Part shown: positions 1 to 8,719 of the stretch, one piece after another
Position numbering within the stretch: the first letter of the stretch is position 1
Layout: each line of letters starts with the position of its first letter
Assembly (NCBI GenBank): GCA_017998475.1
Contig: JAGODA010000001.1
Coordinates: forward strand, 1-32,765
Source of the DNA: Spirochaetota bacterium
Lineage (GTDB): Bacteria; Spirochaetota; UBA4802; UBA5368
Direction of reading: 5' to 3'
Length of the DNA: 32,765 nt
Notes under the pieces: generated by a model
Seen by the model: the letters and a program-made list of their open reading frames with translations, nothing else
Told to the model about the DNA's origin: nothing
Database searches by the model: none
Made by a program: the position numbers and the translations under genes

Positions 1-29
1 AAAAGCCGGGTGGGAGAGCCCGGCTTTTT
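1..29 (-). terminator. Rho-independent terminator of flaB, T-tail cut by the window edge
   Basis: On the minus strand, about 28 nt after the flaB TAA, the sequence reads AAAAA-GCCGGG-ctctccca-CCCGGC-TTTT. Plus-strand 19-24 pairs with 5-10 across an 8-nt loop. The T-run continues into the window edge. Confidence 0.75.
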
Positions 30-57
30 GAATGATACTGCGATGCTGGCTCGGGAC

Positions 58-906
58 TTATCGTAACAGCTGAAGAACGGTCTGCGACTTGGTGTTCGCC
101 TGCGCGAGCATGGCAGTCGCCGCCTGCGTGAGAATCTGATAGCGTACGAACGAGGACATCTGTTCGGCCATGTCGGTGTCGCGTATGCGGCTTTCCGACG
201 CCTGAACGTTCTCGTAGGCGTTCATAAGGCCCTTGGCGGCGTGTTCCAGACGGTTGTAGTAAGCGCCGAGGTCCGCGCGCTGCTTGGAGATGATGCGCAG
301 GGCCTCATCGGCGATACCGATCACCGCGTTCGCCTTGCCGGGCGTCGAGATCGAGATGAAGGTGAGCACGGTGGGGTTGCGGAGTCCCAGGGCCGCCGTG
401 GTCATGGTCTCGATGAAAACCCGCTCGCGCTGGTGCATGTTGGGGCCCATGTGGAACCACATGGACGCGGTCGGATGAAGCCTGGCAAAAGAGCCGGTGA
501 GGAGCTTCATCTTGTTGAATTCCGCCTGTGAGGAGATGCGGTCGATCTCATCGACGAGCTCGGAAATCTCGACCTGGATCTGCTGGCGGTCTTCCGGGGT
601 GTAGATTCCGTTGGCAGACTGGACGGCGAGCACCCGTATGCGCTGCAGGATGTCGTGCGTCTGCTGCAGGTATCCTTCAGCCGTCTGGATCATCGACATG
701 CCGTCCTCGGTGTTGCGTTCCGCCTGACGGAGTCCGCTTATCTGCGAGCGCATTTTTTCAGAGACGGCGAGACCGGACGCGTCGTCGCCCGCCTTGTTGA
801 TGCGCATGCCGGACGACAGCTTCTCGATGTCCTGCGTGATGCTCCAGTCGTGGAATTTGAGAGTACGGTGGGCGAAAATCGCGCTCACGTTGTGGTTTAT
901 GATCAT
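58..906 (-). CDS. flaB: Flagellin, spirochaetal FlaB-type periplasmic flagellar filament core protein (282 aa)
   Basis: The N-terminus is [16 protein letters not shown]...[30 protein letters not shown] and the C-terminus is ...[34 protein letters not shown]. The short central region has the spirochaete FlaB signature [20 protein letters not shown] strong SD (AAGGAGGAAGGA) lies just upstream at 907-920. Confidence 0.95.
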   Translation of the reverse strand: MIINHNVSAIFAHRTLKFHDWSITQDIEKLSSGMRINKAGDDASGLAVSEKMRSQISGLRQAERNTEDGMSMIQTAEGYLQQTHDILQRIRVLAVQSANGIYTPEDRQQIQVEISELVDEIDRISSQAEFNKMKLLTGSFARLHPTASMWFHMGPNMHQRERVFIETMTTAALGLRNPTVLTFISISTPGKANAVIGIADEALRIISKQRADLGAYYNRLEHAAKGLMNAYENVQASESRIRDTDMAEQMSSFVRYQILTQAATAMLAQANTKSQTVLQLLR

Positions 907-955
907 ATCCTTCCTCCTTGAATTTTCAGCTATCGTCCCTGATAGCAGCTATGGA

Positions 956-1037
956 TAGAATTGTTGCAAAACCTGGGAATCTTCGACCCCGCATGGCGAT
1001 TGCGGTCTTCGTATTCTCCAGTTATGCAACAATTCTA
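956..1037. repeat. 13-bp perfect inverted repeat (TAGAATTGTTGCA / TGCAACAATTCTA) with a 56-nt spacer in the flaB upstream region
   Basis: Positions 956-968 are the exact reverse complement of 1025-1037. Read on the minus strand, the right arm begins with TAGAAT (1037..1032), a -10-like hexamer facing flaB. Confidence 0.8.
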
Positions 1038-1352
1038 GTTCTCATAGTGATCATCCTGAAATTCGTCAGAATAAAAAATTATTTAGAGATCATTTATAAG
1101 CGTTTATAGTATTTTATGGGTGTTTATTATTAAATATGGCTATTATTCGGCTTTTAGCTATTCATTTTAAAATTTTTTTATTCCGGATAAAAATTCTTTA
1201 ATCCGCCGCTTGATGGATTATAGTCCGGTCATACACCCGATGTGAATAAATGCCCGGGCGCATGATTGTATCAGTGATGAGAATCCGCGGTTTTTTTCTT
1301 GTAAATAATGGCGCCGGGCTGTTGTGTGCTGTGGAAACGCGCGGCAGGGCAC

Positions 1353-1374
1353 AGGTAATGGTAAGGTAATGGTA
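1353..1374. repeat. Perfect tandem duplication of an 11-bp unit (AGGTAATGGTA x2)
   Basis: 1353-1363 and 1364-1374 are identical. The repeat lies upstream of the likely PBP start codons. Confidence 0.9.
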
Positions 1375-1401
1375 CGGCGATTTGGTGGATATTCACCGAG
1401 G

Positions 1402-3906
1402 ATGAGAACCCCGCTTTCGGGCGGGGGCGGACCGTCGCGGCTTCCGGGAATCGTGCGATGGATCGCGGATCTCGCCGGTGATCTCATGTCGCGGTTTCGC
1501 AATCCCAGGGCCGTCGTGGTCGGGATCGCGGCAGGTGTGCTGTGCGCTTTCATCATCATCCTCGTCGTCGATTTTTTCAGGGTGCGGGCCATCGCGAATT
1601 TCGAGCCCAAAGTCCCCACCAAGATTTTTGACAAGAACGGCGTGCTGGTGGCCGAGCTCTTCCGCCAGAAGCGCGAGGTGGTGCCGCTCGCGAAAATTCC
1701 GAAAGACCTCGTCCATGCCTTCGTCGCCATTGAGGACAACGAGTTTTACGAGCATTTCGGCATAAATCCCAAGGGAATAGCGCGGGCGTTTTTTATCAAC
1801 GTCTTCTCGGGGCGGATCCGCCAGGGCGGGAGCACCATCACCCAGCAGCTTTCTAAGATCCTGCTTACCTCCGGCGAGCGGAGCCTCTATCGCAAGGTCA
1901 AAGAGGCCTTCATCTCCGTCATGATGGAGATCTTTTACACGAAAGATGAAATCATGACGCTGTACCTCAACCAGATATTTCTCGGCCACGGGGCCTATGG
2001 CGTGCAATCCGCCTCGCAGTTCTATTTCAATAAAAACGTATGGGAGCTCAACCTGGCGGAGTGCGCTCTGCTGGCCACGCTGCCGTCGTCGCCCAATAAC
2101 CTTTCGCCCATCCGCTTCCCCGAACGCGCGCTGGAGCGCCATAAGATCGTGCTGGCCAAGATGGTGGAGGTGGGATACATCTCCATTCCACAGGCGGAGA
2201 AGGCCTACCTGGATTTCTGGCCCGACTATCTCTATTACATCAACGAACTGCCGCCGACGATGAATACCTGGTCCTCGCGTGTCGACAAGGCGCCGTGGTT
2301 CACCGAGTACATCCGCCGCATGCTGGTAAAGAAATACGGCGAGGAAAAAGTGTACGAGGAGGGGCTGCTGGTCTACACGACCATGGATCTCAACAAGCAG
2401 CTCACGGCACAGAAGGTTCTGCCTCCGGCCCTCAGGCGCCAGACCGCCGTTTCGGGGAGCCTCGCTTTCAAGCGCGAGGACCAGATTACGGAAAATTACG
2501 GTTCCCTGGTGGACATCTTCTCGCTCCTGTTCGACGGTAACCCCTTCGCCAGGACGGGCTCGCTCGAGGTAAAGAAGGTAAACGACGCGCTAAAGGAGCG
2601 GGTTATCGACGAGCTGGAGCTTGTCAATTTTCTTACCGGGGGGGACGCTCTGGGGCAGACCATACAACTCTATCGTGTGGGCTACGCCGACGACAAGGAC
2701 TTCCAGAAGGTTGAGGGGTGTCTTATCTCGATAGACCACCGGACGGGCTATATAGAAGCGATGGTCGGTGGAAGCGAATTCACCAGCGTCAACCAGCTCA
2801 ACCGCGCCATGCAGTCCATGCGCCAGCCCGGTTCGGCCATAAAGCCGCTTCTGTACGCCGCGGCCATGGAGTCGAAGAAGTTCTCGCCCGCCACCGCGGT
2901 TCTCGATTCGCCGCTGGTGTATCTCGACACGGAGGGCGGAGACTGGGTGCCGGAAAACTATGAAGGGGAGTATTACGGCCTGCTGAGGCTGCGCAAGGCC
3001 CTTTCGCTCTCAATAAACGTGATCAGCATCCGCATCGCCGACGCGCTCGGCATTGAATATGTAATGCGGTTCTACGGAAAACTTCTGAAACTCGGTCCCG
3101 AAGACACCAAGCGCCGTGTTCCGCGCAACTTCTCGATCGCGCTCGGCTCGTTCGAGGTGTCGCCTTTCGAGCTCGCCCGCGCGTACGCCATCATCGCCAA
3201 CGGAGGAAAGGACGTGATCCCCTTCAGCGTGAAGAGCGTGAAGGACCGCAGGGGACGGGTCCTCGAAAACAACGAGGAGGAAATCGCCTCTCTCATCAGA
3301 AAACGCGAGCAGGACGGCACCATCCAGGTGCTGCAGCCGTCGACGGCGCAGATCATGATAAGCCTGCTGCAGTCGGTGATATCATCGGGAACCGGCTCGG
3401 CGGCGTCCATCGGCAGAATGGCCGGAGGGAAGACGGGTACAACCAACAACTGGAAAGACGCCTGGTTCTGCGGGTTCTCCCCTTCGCTCACCACCTGTAT
3501 ATGGATGGGATACGACAAGCTCGGCCTTTCGCTCGGCATCGGACAGGCGGGCGGGGCCGTTGTGGCGCCCGCCTGGGGCGATTATATGCGCGAGGCGCTT
3601 CGCAACGATGAGGCCTTCAGTTTCCCGCAGTACGCGGCGCTTTCCGAACGGGAGGTGTGCGCGGTTTCCGGCCTTACTCCGTCCTCGAGCTGCCGGAACA
3701 GGCTGAACGAGGTGTTTATTCCGGGCACTGAGCCGGACGAGGAGTGCGTCATGTGCCGCGACGCGATGCACGAGGTCAGGGTGCTTCAGAAAGGCCCCAG
3801 AGAGAATATCGCCGGGGGACAGAAGCAATCGATAATGAAGAACATCCGGAAGAAAAAGGAAGGCGACCGCATCCTGGACAAGGTCGGGAACGACCTGCTC
3901 AACTGA
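1402..3906 (+). CDS. Class A (PBP1A-family) bifunctional penicillin-binding protein, glycosyltransferase/transpeptidase
   Basis: The ORF is open from 1324 (GTG). There is one N-terminal TM helix (AVVVGIAAGVLCAFIIILVV). GT51 motifs are AIEDNEFYEHFGI, GGSTITQQL and RKVKE. Transpeptidase motifs are SAIKP (SxxK), SIN (SxN) and KTGTT. The start is uncertain: candidates are 1324, 1369, 1402 and 1486, and none has a convincing SD. The end is firm. Confidence 0.9.
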   Translation: MRTPLSGGGGPSRLPGIVRWIADLAGDLMSRFRNPRAVVVGIAAGVLCAFIIILVVDFFRVRAIANFEPKVPTKIFDKNGVLVAELFRQKREVVPLAKIPKDLVHAFVAIEDNEFYEHFGINPKGIARAFFINVFSGRIRQGGSTITQQLSKILLTSGERSLYRKVKEAFISVMMEIFYTKDEIMTLYLNQIFLGHGAYGVQSASQFYFNKNVWELNLAECALLATLPSSPNNLSPIRFPERALERHKIVLAKMVEVGYISIPQAEKAYLDFWPDYLYYINELPPTMNTWSSRVDKAPWFTEYIRRMLVKKYGEEKVYEEGLLVYTTMDLNKQLTAQKVLPPALRRQTAVSGSLAFKREDQITENYGSLVDIFSLLFDGNPFARTGSLEVKKVNDALKERVIDELELVNFLTGGDALGQTIQLYRVGYADDKDFQKVEGCLISIDHRTGYIEAMVGGSEFTSVNQLNRAMQSMRQPGSAIKPLLYAAAMESKKFSPATAVLDSPLVYLDTEGGDWVPENYEGEYYGLLRLRKALSLSINVISIRIADALGIEYVMRFYGKLLKLGPEDTKRRVPRNFSIALGSFEVSPFELARAYAIIANGGKDVIPFSVKSVKDRRGRVLENNEEEIASLIRKREQDGTIQVLQPSTAQIMISLLQSVISSGTGSAASIGRMAGGKTGTTNNWKDAWFCGFSPSLTTCIWMGYDKLGLSLGIGQAGGAVVAPAWGDYMREALRNDEAFSFPQYAALSEREVCAVSGLTPSSSCRNRLNEVFIPGTEPDEECVMCRDAMHEVRVLQKGPRENIAGGQKQSIMKNIRKKKEGDRILDKVGNDLLN

Positions 3907-3920
3907 TTTCAGGGAGGAAT

Positions 3921-4484
3921 ATGCGACCCGGAACTTTTATGCTTGAAAAAGAATCGACCTGTCTTATGGTGATCGACGTACAGGAGCGCCTGTTCAATTC
4001 CATGGAGTATGATATCCGGCGGAACGTCGTGCGAAACATCGGAATACTCCTGGAAACGGCGAACGCGTTTTCCATTCCCATTGTGGTGACCGAGCAGTAC
4101 TCGAAAGGGCTGGGGCCGACCATTCCGGATATCAGGAACCACCTGGGGAGTATCGAGGCGTTCGACAAGACGTGTTTCAACTGCATGCTTGACGCGCCGA
4201 TAGAATCGCGCATGGCCGAGCTCGGCAGGAATACCGTGATCCTGTGCGGAATAGAGACTCATATCTGCGTGCTGACCACCGCGCTCAGCCTGCTCGAGAG
4301 AGGGTATCGCGTTATCGTCGCCTCGGACGCGGCCTGCTCGCGCAGAAAGCACGAGTGGAAGATGGCCATCAGCGCCCTGCGCGACGCGGGCGCGGTGATT
4401 TACCCGACCGAGACGATAGCCTTCATGTTTATCGAGCGGTCCGGGACCGAAGAATTCAAAAGGCTTTCGCCGCTGTTCAAGTGA
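3921..4484 (+). CDS. Isochorismatase-family (cysteine) hydrolase, 187 aa
   Basis: Motifs are ...LMVIDVQERLF..., VVTEQY and the catalytic-Cys motif LCGIETHICV. ATG 3921 is preceded by AGGGAGG (3911-3917). The longer ORF from 3744 would overlap the PBP gene. Confidence 0.85.
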   Translation: MRPGTFMLEKESTCLMVIDVQERLFNSMEYDIRRNVVRNIGILLETANAFSIPIVVTEQYSKGLGPTIPDIRNHLGSIEAFDKTCFNCMLDAPIESRMAELGRNTVILCGIETHICVLTTALSLLERGYRVIVASDAACSRRKHEWKMAISALRDAGAVIYPTETIAFMFIERSGTEEFKRLSPLFK

Positions 4485-4515
4485 CGCGCGAATCGCCGGA
4501 CGGAGAGAACCGACA

Positions 4516-5022
4516 ATGATACGATGCGCGGCGATCGCCCTCGCTCTCGTGCTGTGCCTTCCGGCCTACGGAGGAGAATCCATCTCCCGAAGGCTCTTCG
4601 TGATCGAGCGAAGCACCAACAGCAACATCGTCGTTTACGACGCGAACGTGGTTGCGGGGAAGCTTCTGAACAGCGCGCGCCCGGTCGACGCATACTGGAT
4701 CATGCGCGAGCGGGGCAGCCGGCGCGAAGAGCTCACCTATATCGAAAAAAGCAGGGCTTACGGTTTCGATATCGAGCAGGTGCGGGAAGGGAGCCATTAT
4801 CGCATGGCGATCCGCTCGTTCCGCGACAGGTTGATAAGCGTCATACTGGAAAAGGACAGGCCCAGAGCGGTCATGGAGATAAACGGGCGACGGGGGTATC
4901 TTTCGCGCATTTTTATCGCCACCGCGGGGTCGGCGCTTTTCCCGGCCGTCGATCACGTTATTCTGTTCGGCGTGGATGCTGTAAGCGGAGAATCGCTGCG
5001 GGAGAAGATCAGCGCCCGCTGA
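4516..5022 (+). CDS. Secreted hypothetical protein, possibly DUF4833-like (168 aa)
   Basis: An N-terminal signal peptide (MIRCAAIALALVLCLPAYG) is followed by LFVIERSTNSNIVVYDAN. I associate that motif with DUF4833 from memory only. An SD (GGAGAGA) lies upstream. Confidence 0.6.
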   Translation: MIRCAAIALALVLCLPAYGGESISRRLFVIERSTNSNIVVYDANVVAGKLLNSARPVDAYWIMRERGSRREELTYIEKSRAYGFDIEQVREGSHYRMAIRSFRDRLISVILEKDRPRAVMEINGRRGYLSRIFIATAGSALFPAVDHVILFGVDAVSGESLREKISAR

Positions 5023-5024
5023 TC

Positions 5025-5795
5025 TTAATGCCCGCCGGAAAGGGAATCCCACAGTATAGCGCGGGCATCCATGACCGGCCCGTCCACGCACGCGCGCCTG
5101 AGACCGGAGGAGGTTTCGACCGTGCAGCCCGAACACAGCCCCACGCCGCAGCCGAAATAATTCTCGAGCGATACTTCCATCGGGACGGGGCTTCCGGCCG
5201 CGAGCCGGACCATGCCTTCCATCATGGGCGTCGGACCGCAGACATACACGCGGTCGTAACCGCCGTCCTCCAGGAGCTCGCAGGCGGTTTCGGTGCAATA
5301 GCCGCCGCGGCCCTCGGAGCCGTCGTCCGTTGAAAGATGGAACTCGTCGACTTCGCGGGCGAAGCGATCCTTGCAGTAGATAAGATCGGCGGAACGCGCG
5401 CCGTAGACGAAACTTACGCGTGTCCCCCGGCGTTTAAGCTCTCGGGCCAGATAGTAGAGAGGAGCGTTGCCGACACCCCCGCCGATAAGGAGCGCCCGTC
5501 CTCCCTCGATAAGGGTGAATCCCCTTCCCAGGGGGCCGAGCATGTCGACCCGGGCGCCGGCGCGCATTTCTCCGAGAAGCCGCGTCCCCCTGCCGATCAC
5601 CCTGACGACGATTTCCATTATGCCCCTGTCGAAATCGAAAATCGAAAACGGCCTGCGAACCAGGGGATCTGTGCCGGCGGTTGTCTTTATGTTGACGAAC
5701 TGTCCGGGGGCCGGAGCCGTCGCGTCGTCATAACGCAGCTTGAGCAGAACGTGGTCTCTGGCCACGGGCAGTGGATTTTCGATCAACTGGGCCAT
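5025..5795 (-). CDS. PyrK/NfnA-like FAD/NAD(P)-binding oxidoreductase with a C-terminal 2Fe-2S site
   Basis: Motifs are RRPFSI (FAD), LLIGGGVGNAPL (NAD) and CGVGLCSGC...C near the C-terminus. The start is taken at ATG 5795 (GAGGA SD). A TAGAAT -10-like box at 5835..5830 lies downstream of the alternative ATG at 5855. Confidence 0.8.
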   Translation of the reverse strand: MAQLIENPLPVARDHVLLKLRYDDATAPAPGQFVNIKTTAGTDPLVRRPFSIFDFDRGIMEIVVRVIGRGTRLLGEMRAGARVDMLGPLGRGFTLIEGGRALLIGGGVGNAPLYYLARELKRRGTRVSFVYGARSADLIYCKDRFAREVDEFHLSTDDGSEGRGGYCTETACELLEDGGYDRVYVCGPTPMMEGMVRLAAGSPVPMEVSLENYFGCGVGLCSGCTVETSSGLRRACVDGPVMDARAILWDSLSGGH

Positions 5796-6060
5796 TAAAG
5801 TTTCATCCTCGAGTGAAATATCACCAAGGATTCTATCGCTCCCGGGCGAATACAATACAATTTTTTCGAACGGCTTGCATTATTTTTCACGCGCGCGGAA
5901 GGCGCGCGAGCCTTGAAAATCCGGACCGGAGTGGGAAACCCTCATGCCCGAACGACCGCGGGATACGGCCCCGTCATCATTCCCCGACAGATAAAAAGTT
6001 GGTGACTTATACAAGCGCGTTTCGTATGATACGCGACATATCACGATCCGGAGGGACACG

Positions 6061-7644
6061 ATGAAAGCGAAAGGCGGCGTGAAAACGAACGATTATATCC
6101 TCGCGATCGATGTCGGGACCCAGTCGATCCGCGCCATACTCATCGACCCGTCCGGCACCCTGCACGACATCGTCAAGACGCCCATTGAACCGTACTATTC
6201 CGAACAACCCGGATGGGCCGAACAGGACCCCGATTACTACTGGAAAACGCTCTGTCAGACGTGCAAAAAGCTCATCGCCTCGACGAAGATCAGGAAGGAA
6301 TCGATCCGCGGCGTCACCATGACGACCCAGCGCGACACGATGGTCAACGTGGACAGAAACGGCAGGCCGTTGCGCCCCGCCATCGTGTGGCTCGACCAGC
6401 GGCGCGCGAGCAAGGGGAACTGGCCGAACCCGGTGCTTAAAGCCGCGCTTCGCGCCATGAAGCTTCTGGAGGCGGTGGAGTACACCATCACCGAGAGCGA
6501 ATCCAACTGGATCCGCGAGAACCAGCCCGAGATCTGGGAGAAGACCCACAAGTTCCTGTTCCTGTCGGGCTTTCTCACCCACCGACTGGTGGGTGAGTAT
6601 GTGGACTCCACCGGATGTACCGTCGGCTTCGTGCCCTTCGATTATAAAACGCAGGCCTGGGCGAAACCTTCGGACATGAAATGGAAGATGTTTCCCATGG
6701 ATCCCTCCGTGCTCCCCGCCCTTGTAAAGCCGTCGGAGATGATGGGCTACATCACGAAGAAGGCCTCCTCCGAAACCGGAATACCGGCGGGCCTGCCGCT
6801 CATCGCGGCCGCGGCCGACAAGGCCTGCGAGGTTCTTGGCTCCGGATGCATGAGCCCGGAGATCGCCTGCCTCTCGTACGGTACGACCGCCACGGTTGAA
6901 ACAACCAACACGAAATACGTCGAGATCGTGCCCTTCATCCCGCCGTACCCCAGCGCGGTCCCCGGCGCCTACAACACCGAGGTCATGATCTACCGCGGCT
7001 TCTGGATGGTGAGCTGGTTCAAGCGCGAGTTCGGGATGCGCGAGGAGCTGATCGCGAAGAAAAGGAAGATCAGCCCCGAGAGGCTCTTCGACGAGCTCGT
7101 GGCGGACATACCGCCGGGGTCCATGGGGCTCATGCTCCAGCCATACTGGTCTCCGGGACTCAAGATTCCGGGGCCGGAGGCGAAGGGAGCGGTGATCGGA
7201 TTCGGCGACGTGCACACCCGCGCGCACATATATCGTTCGATTCTTGAAGGACTCGCCTATGCGCTGAAAGAGGGAGCCATCCGCACCGAAAAGCGCAACG
7301 GTGTAAAAATTGAGAGAATCCGAGTTTCGGGAGGCGGTTCGCAGAGCGACGTGCCGATGCAGCTTACCGCGGATATTTTCGACATGCCGACGGAGCGCCC
7401 CCATACCTACGAGACATCGGCGCTGGGGGCCGCTATCGACGCCGCCGTGGGGCTGGGGATCCACCCGGATTTTCCCTCCGCCGTAAAGGCGATGACGCGC
7501 ATCGGAAAGGTTTTCGAGCCGGTTCCGAAAAACAGGGATATCTATCGCGATCTGTTCGAAAAGGTCTACCTTAAGCTGTACGACCGGCTCAAACCTCTTT
7601 ACGAGGACATACGCCAGATAACCGGATACCCGCCTCAGAGATGA
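6061..7644 (+). CDS. FGGY-family carbohydrate kinase (527 aa)
   Basis: The N-terminus has ILAIDVGTQSIRAILID (actin-like ATPase phosphate-1). The C-terminal FGGY region has RVSGGGSQSDVPMQLTADIF...ETSALGAAI. A GGAGGG SD lies 5 nt upstream. Substrate cannot be assigned from sequence. Confidence 0.88.
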   Translation: MKAKGGVKTNDYILAIDVGTQSIRAILIDPSGTLHDIVKTPIEPYYSEQPGWAEQDPDYYWKTLCQTCKKLIASTKIRKESIRGVTMTTQRDTMVNVDRNGRPLRPAIVWLDQRRASKGNWPNPVLKAALRAMKLLEAVEYTITESESNWIRENQPEIWEKTHKFLFLSGFLTHRLVGEYVDSTGCTVGFVPFDYKTQAWAKPSDMKWKMFPMDPSVLPALVKPSEMMGYITKKASSETGIPAGLPLIAAAADKACEVLGSGCMSPEIACLSYGTTATVETTNTKYVEIVPFIPPYPSAVPGAYNTEVMIYRGFWMVSWFKREFGMREELIAKKRKISPERLFDELVADIPPGSMGLMLQPYWSPGLKIPGPEAKGAVIGFGDVHTRAHIYRSILEGLAYALKEGAIRTEKRNGVKIERIRVSGGGSQSDVPMQLTADIFDMPTERPHTYETSALGAAIDAAVGLGIHPDFPSAVKAMTRIGKVFEPVPKNRDIYRDLFEKVYLKLYDRLKPLYEDIRQITGYPPQR

Positions 7645-7897
7645 CGATACCGGTCCCGTGCCGACCTTTCGCCCGGCCATGTCCATCCGAGCGGAGGCGG
7701 CGGGGCGTCGCTGTAATTAATGATTGACCACTGTTGTATATTACACTACTGTCACAGTCATTGTTCATGCGATACGTCGTTCGGCCGGGGGCCGCGCAGG
7801 ATTCCGGCGGCATGACGGACGCGATACGCGAGGCGGGAAGTGGTTCTTTCATAACGCTCACCGGACATGGTGATAATCGGGGGTTCAGGGACGGCCC

Positions 7898-8692
7898 ATG
7901 AAGACGATTAATAGAATCAGGGAAGGCGCGGACACTATGAAAAGCCTGGTATACGAGCTCGAAGAGGTCTTTTTCCGGATCGTAAAAAACGCGTATCCCG
8001 CGCTCTGGGAGGACGCCGGCATAACGCGCTCGCTCATCATGGATATGTCGGCCGCGATGGCAGACAGGCAGATGAAGACACCCGGCAACCAGGTGAAGAT
8101 GGCGATGAAGCCGCTCATGCTCGCCGGAGAGCCTGAAAGCGAGCTCTGCTCCGCGGCGATGCTTTTCAGGATCGCCTACCACGACGGCCAGGCGGCGCAG
8201 GGAGCGGCGTTTCTCGACGCCCACGTGAAGGACGCCGGTAAGAACACCTTCTCGTCAATAAAAAAGGACCACCTGAAGCGCCTGCATTCGATCGCGCATC
8301 ACAGCCAGCTGTTGCTCTACGATTACGACAACATCACCGGGATGGCGTTTCCCGCGACGGCGGAGTCCGTGCTCGGAGCGTATCCGTCCAACTGGAACGG
8401 CTGGGCTCCGTTCACCGTGGCCGCCGCCGCGCCGGCGCACTGCGCGATCGCGCTTAACAGCAAGGACACCGGCCTGTATAAAGCCTCGCTTCCCTGGTCG
8501 TACCAGCTCTGTTTCCGCAACATCTACGGGCTCGATCTGGATTTCGGCGACGCGGCCGTCGATACGGCGCGCGGTGCGCGGTTCGAAAAGGGACGCGCCC
8601 GCTACCTGGTACTGGTGTCGGTCGCGCACGGCGGCGCCGACCTTGACGAGAACTTCGACTATGACCGTGAGGCCTACACGGAGATGAGCTGA
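7898..8692 (+). CDS. Hypothetical cytoplasmic protein, no recognisable domain (264 aa)
   Basis: A 795-nt ORF with host-like GC-rich third positions. It has no signal peptide, no TM helix and no motif I recognise. An alternative start is at 7937. It is preceded by an AT-rich tract (7715-7770). Confidence 0.6.
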   Translation: MKTINRIREGADTMKSLVYELEEVFFRIVKNAYPALWEDAGITRSLIMDMSAAMADRQMKTPGNQVKMAMKPLMLAGEPESELCSAAMLFRIAYHDGQAAQGAAFLDAHVKDAGKNTFSSIKKDHLKRLHSIAHHSQLLLYDYDNITGMAFPATAESVLGAYPSNWNGWAPFTVAAAAPAHCAIALNSKDTGLYKASLPWSYQLCFRNIYGLDLDFGDAAVDTARGARFEKGRARYLVLVSVAHGGADLDENFDYDREAYTEMS

Positions 8693-8719
8693 TTCAGCCA
8701 TGAGGGTTCGTCGTTGGGT

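Noticed and set aside
918-1109. Full-length 63-aa ORF (TTG start) in the flaB upstream region
   Set aside because: It has a non-ATG start and no SD, crosses the flaB SD/leader on the opposite strand, and uses AT-rich codons unlike the host genes. Only the internal 38-codon hydrophobic part is kept, as a speculative note in the findings.
1218-2142. Minus-strand ORFs 1218..1739 and 1393..2142 opposite the PBP gene
   Set aside because: They are shadow ORFs opposite a gene with complete GT51 and transpeptidase motif sets.
4477-5333. ORFs 4477..5298(-) and 4524..5333(+) overlapping the DUF4833-like and PyrK-like genes
   Set aside because: Both cross the boundary between two convergent genes that are supported by a signal peptide and by cofactor motifs respectively. 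Their translations are Arg-rich low complexity.
6007-7686. 559-aa minus-strand ORF covering the whole FGGY kinase gene
   Set aside because: It is antisense to a gene with clear FGGY motifs. Its translation is Arg/Gly/His/Pro-rich low complexity, typical of shadow ORFs in GC-rich DNA. It has no recognisable motif.
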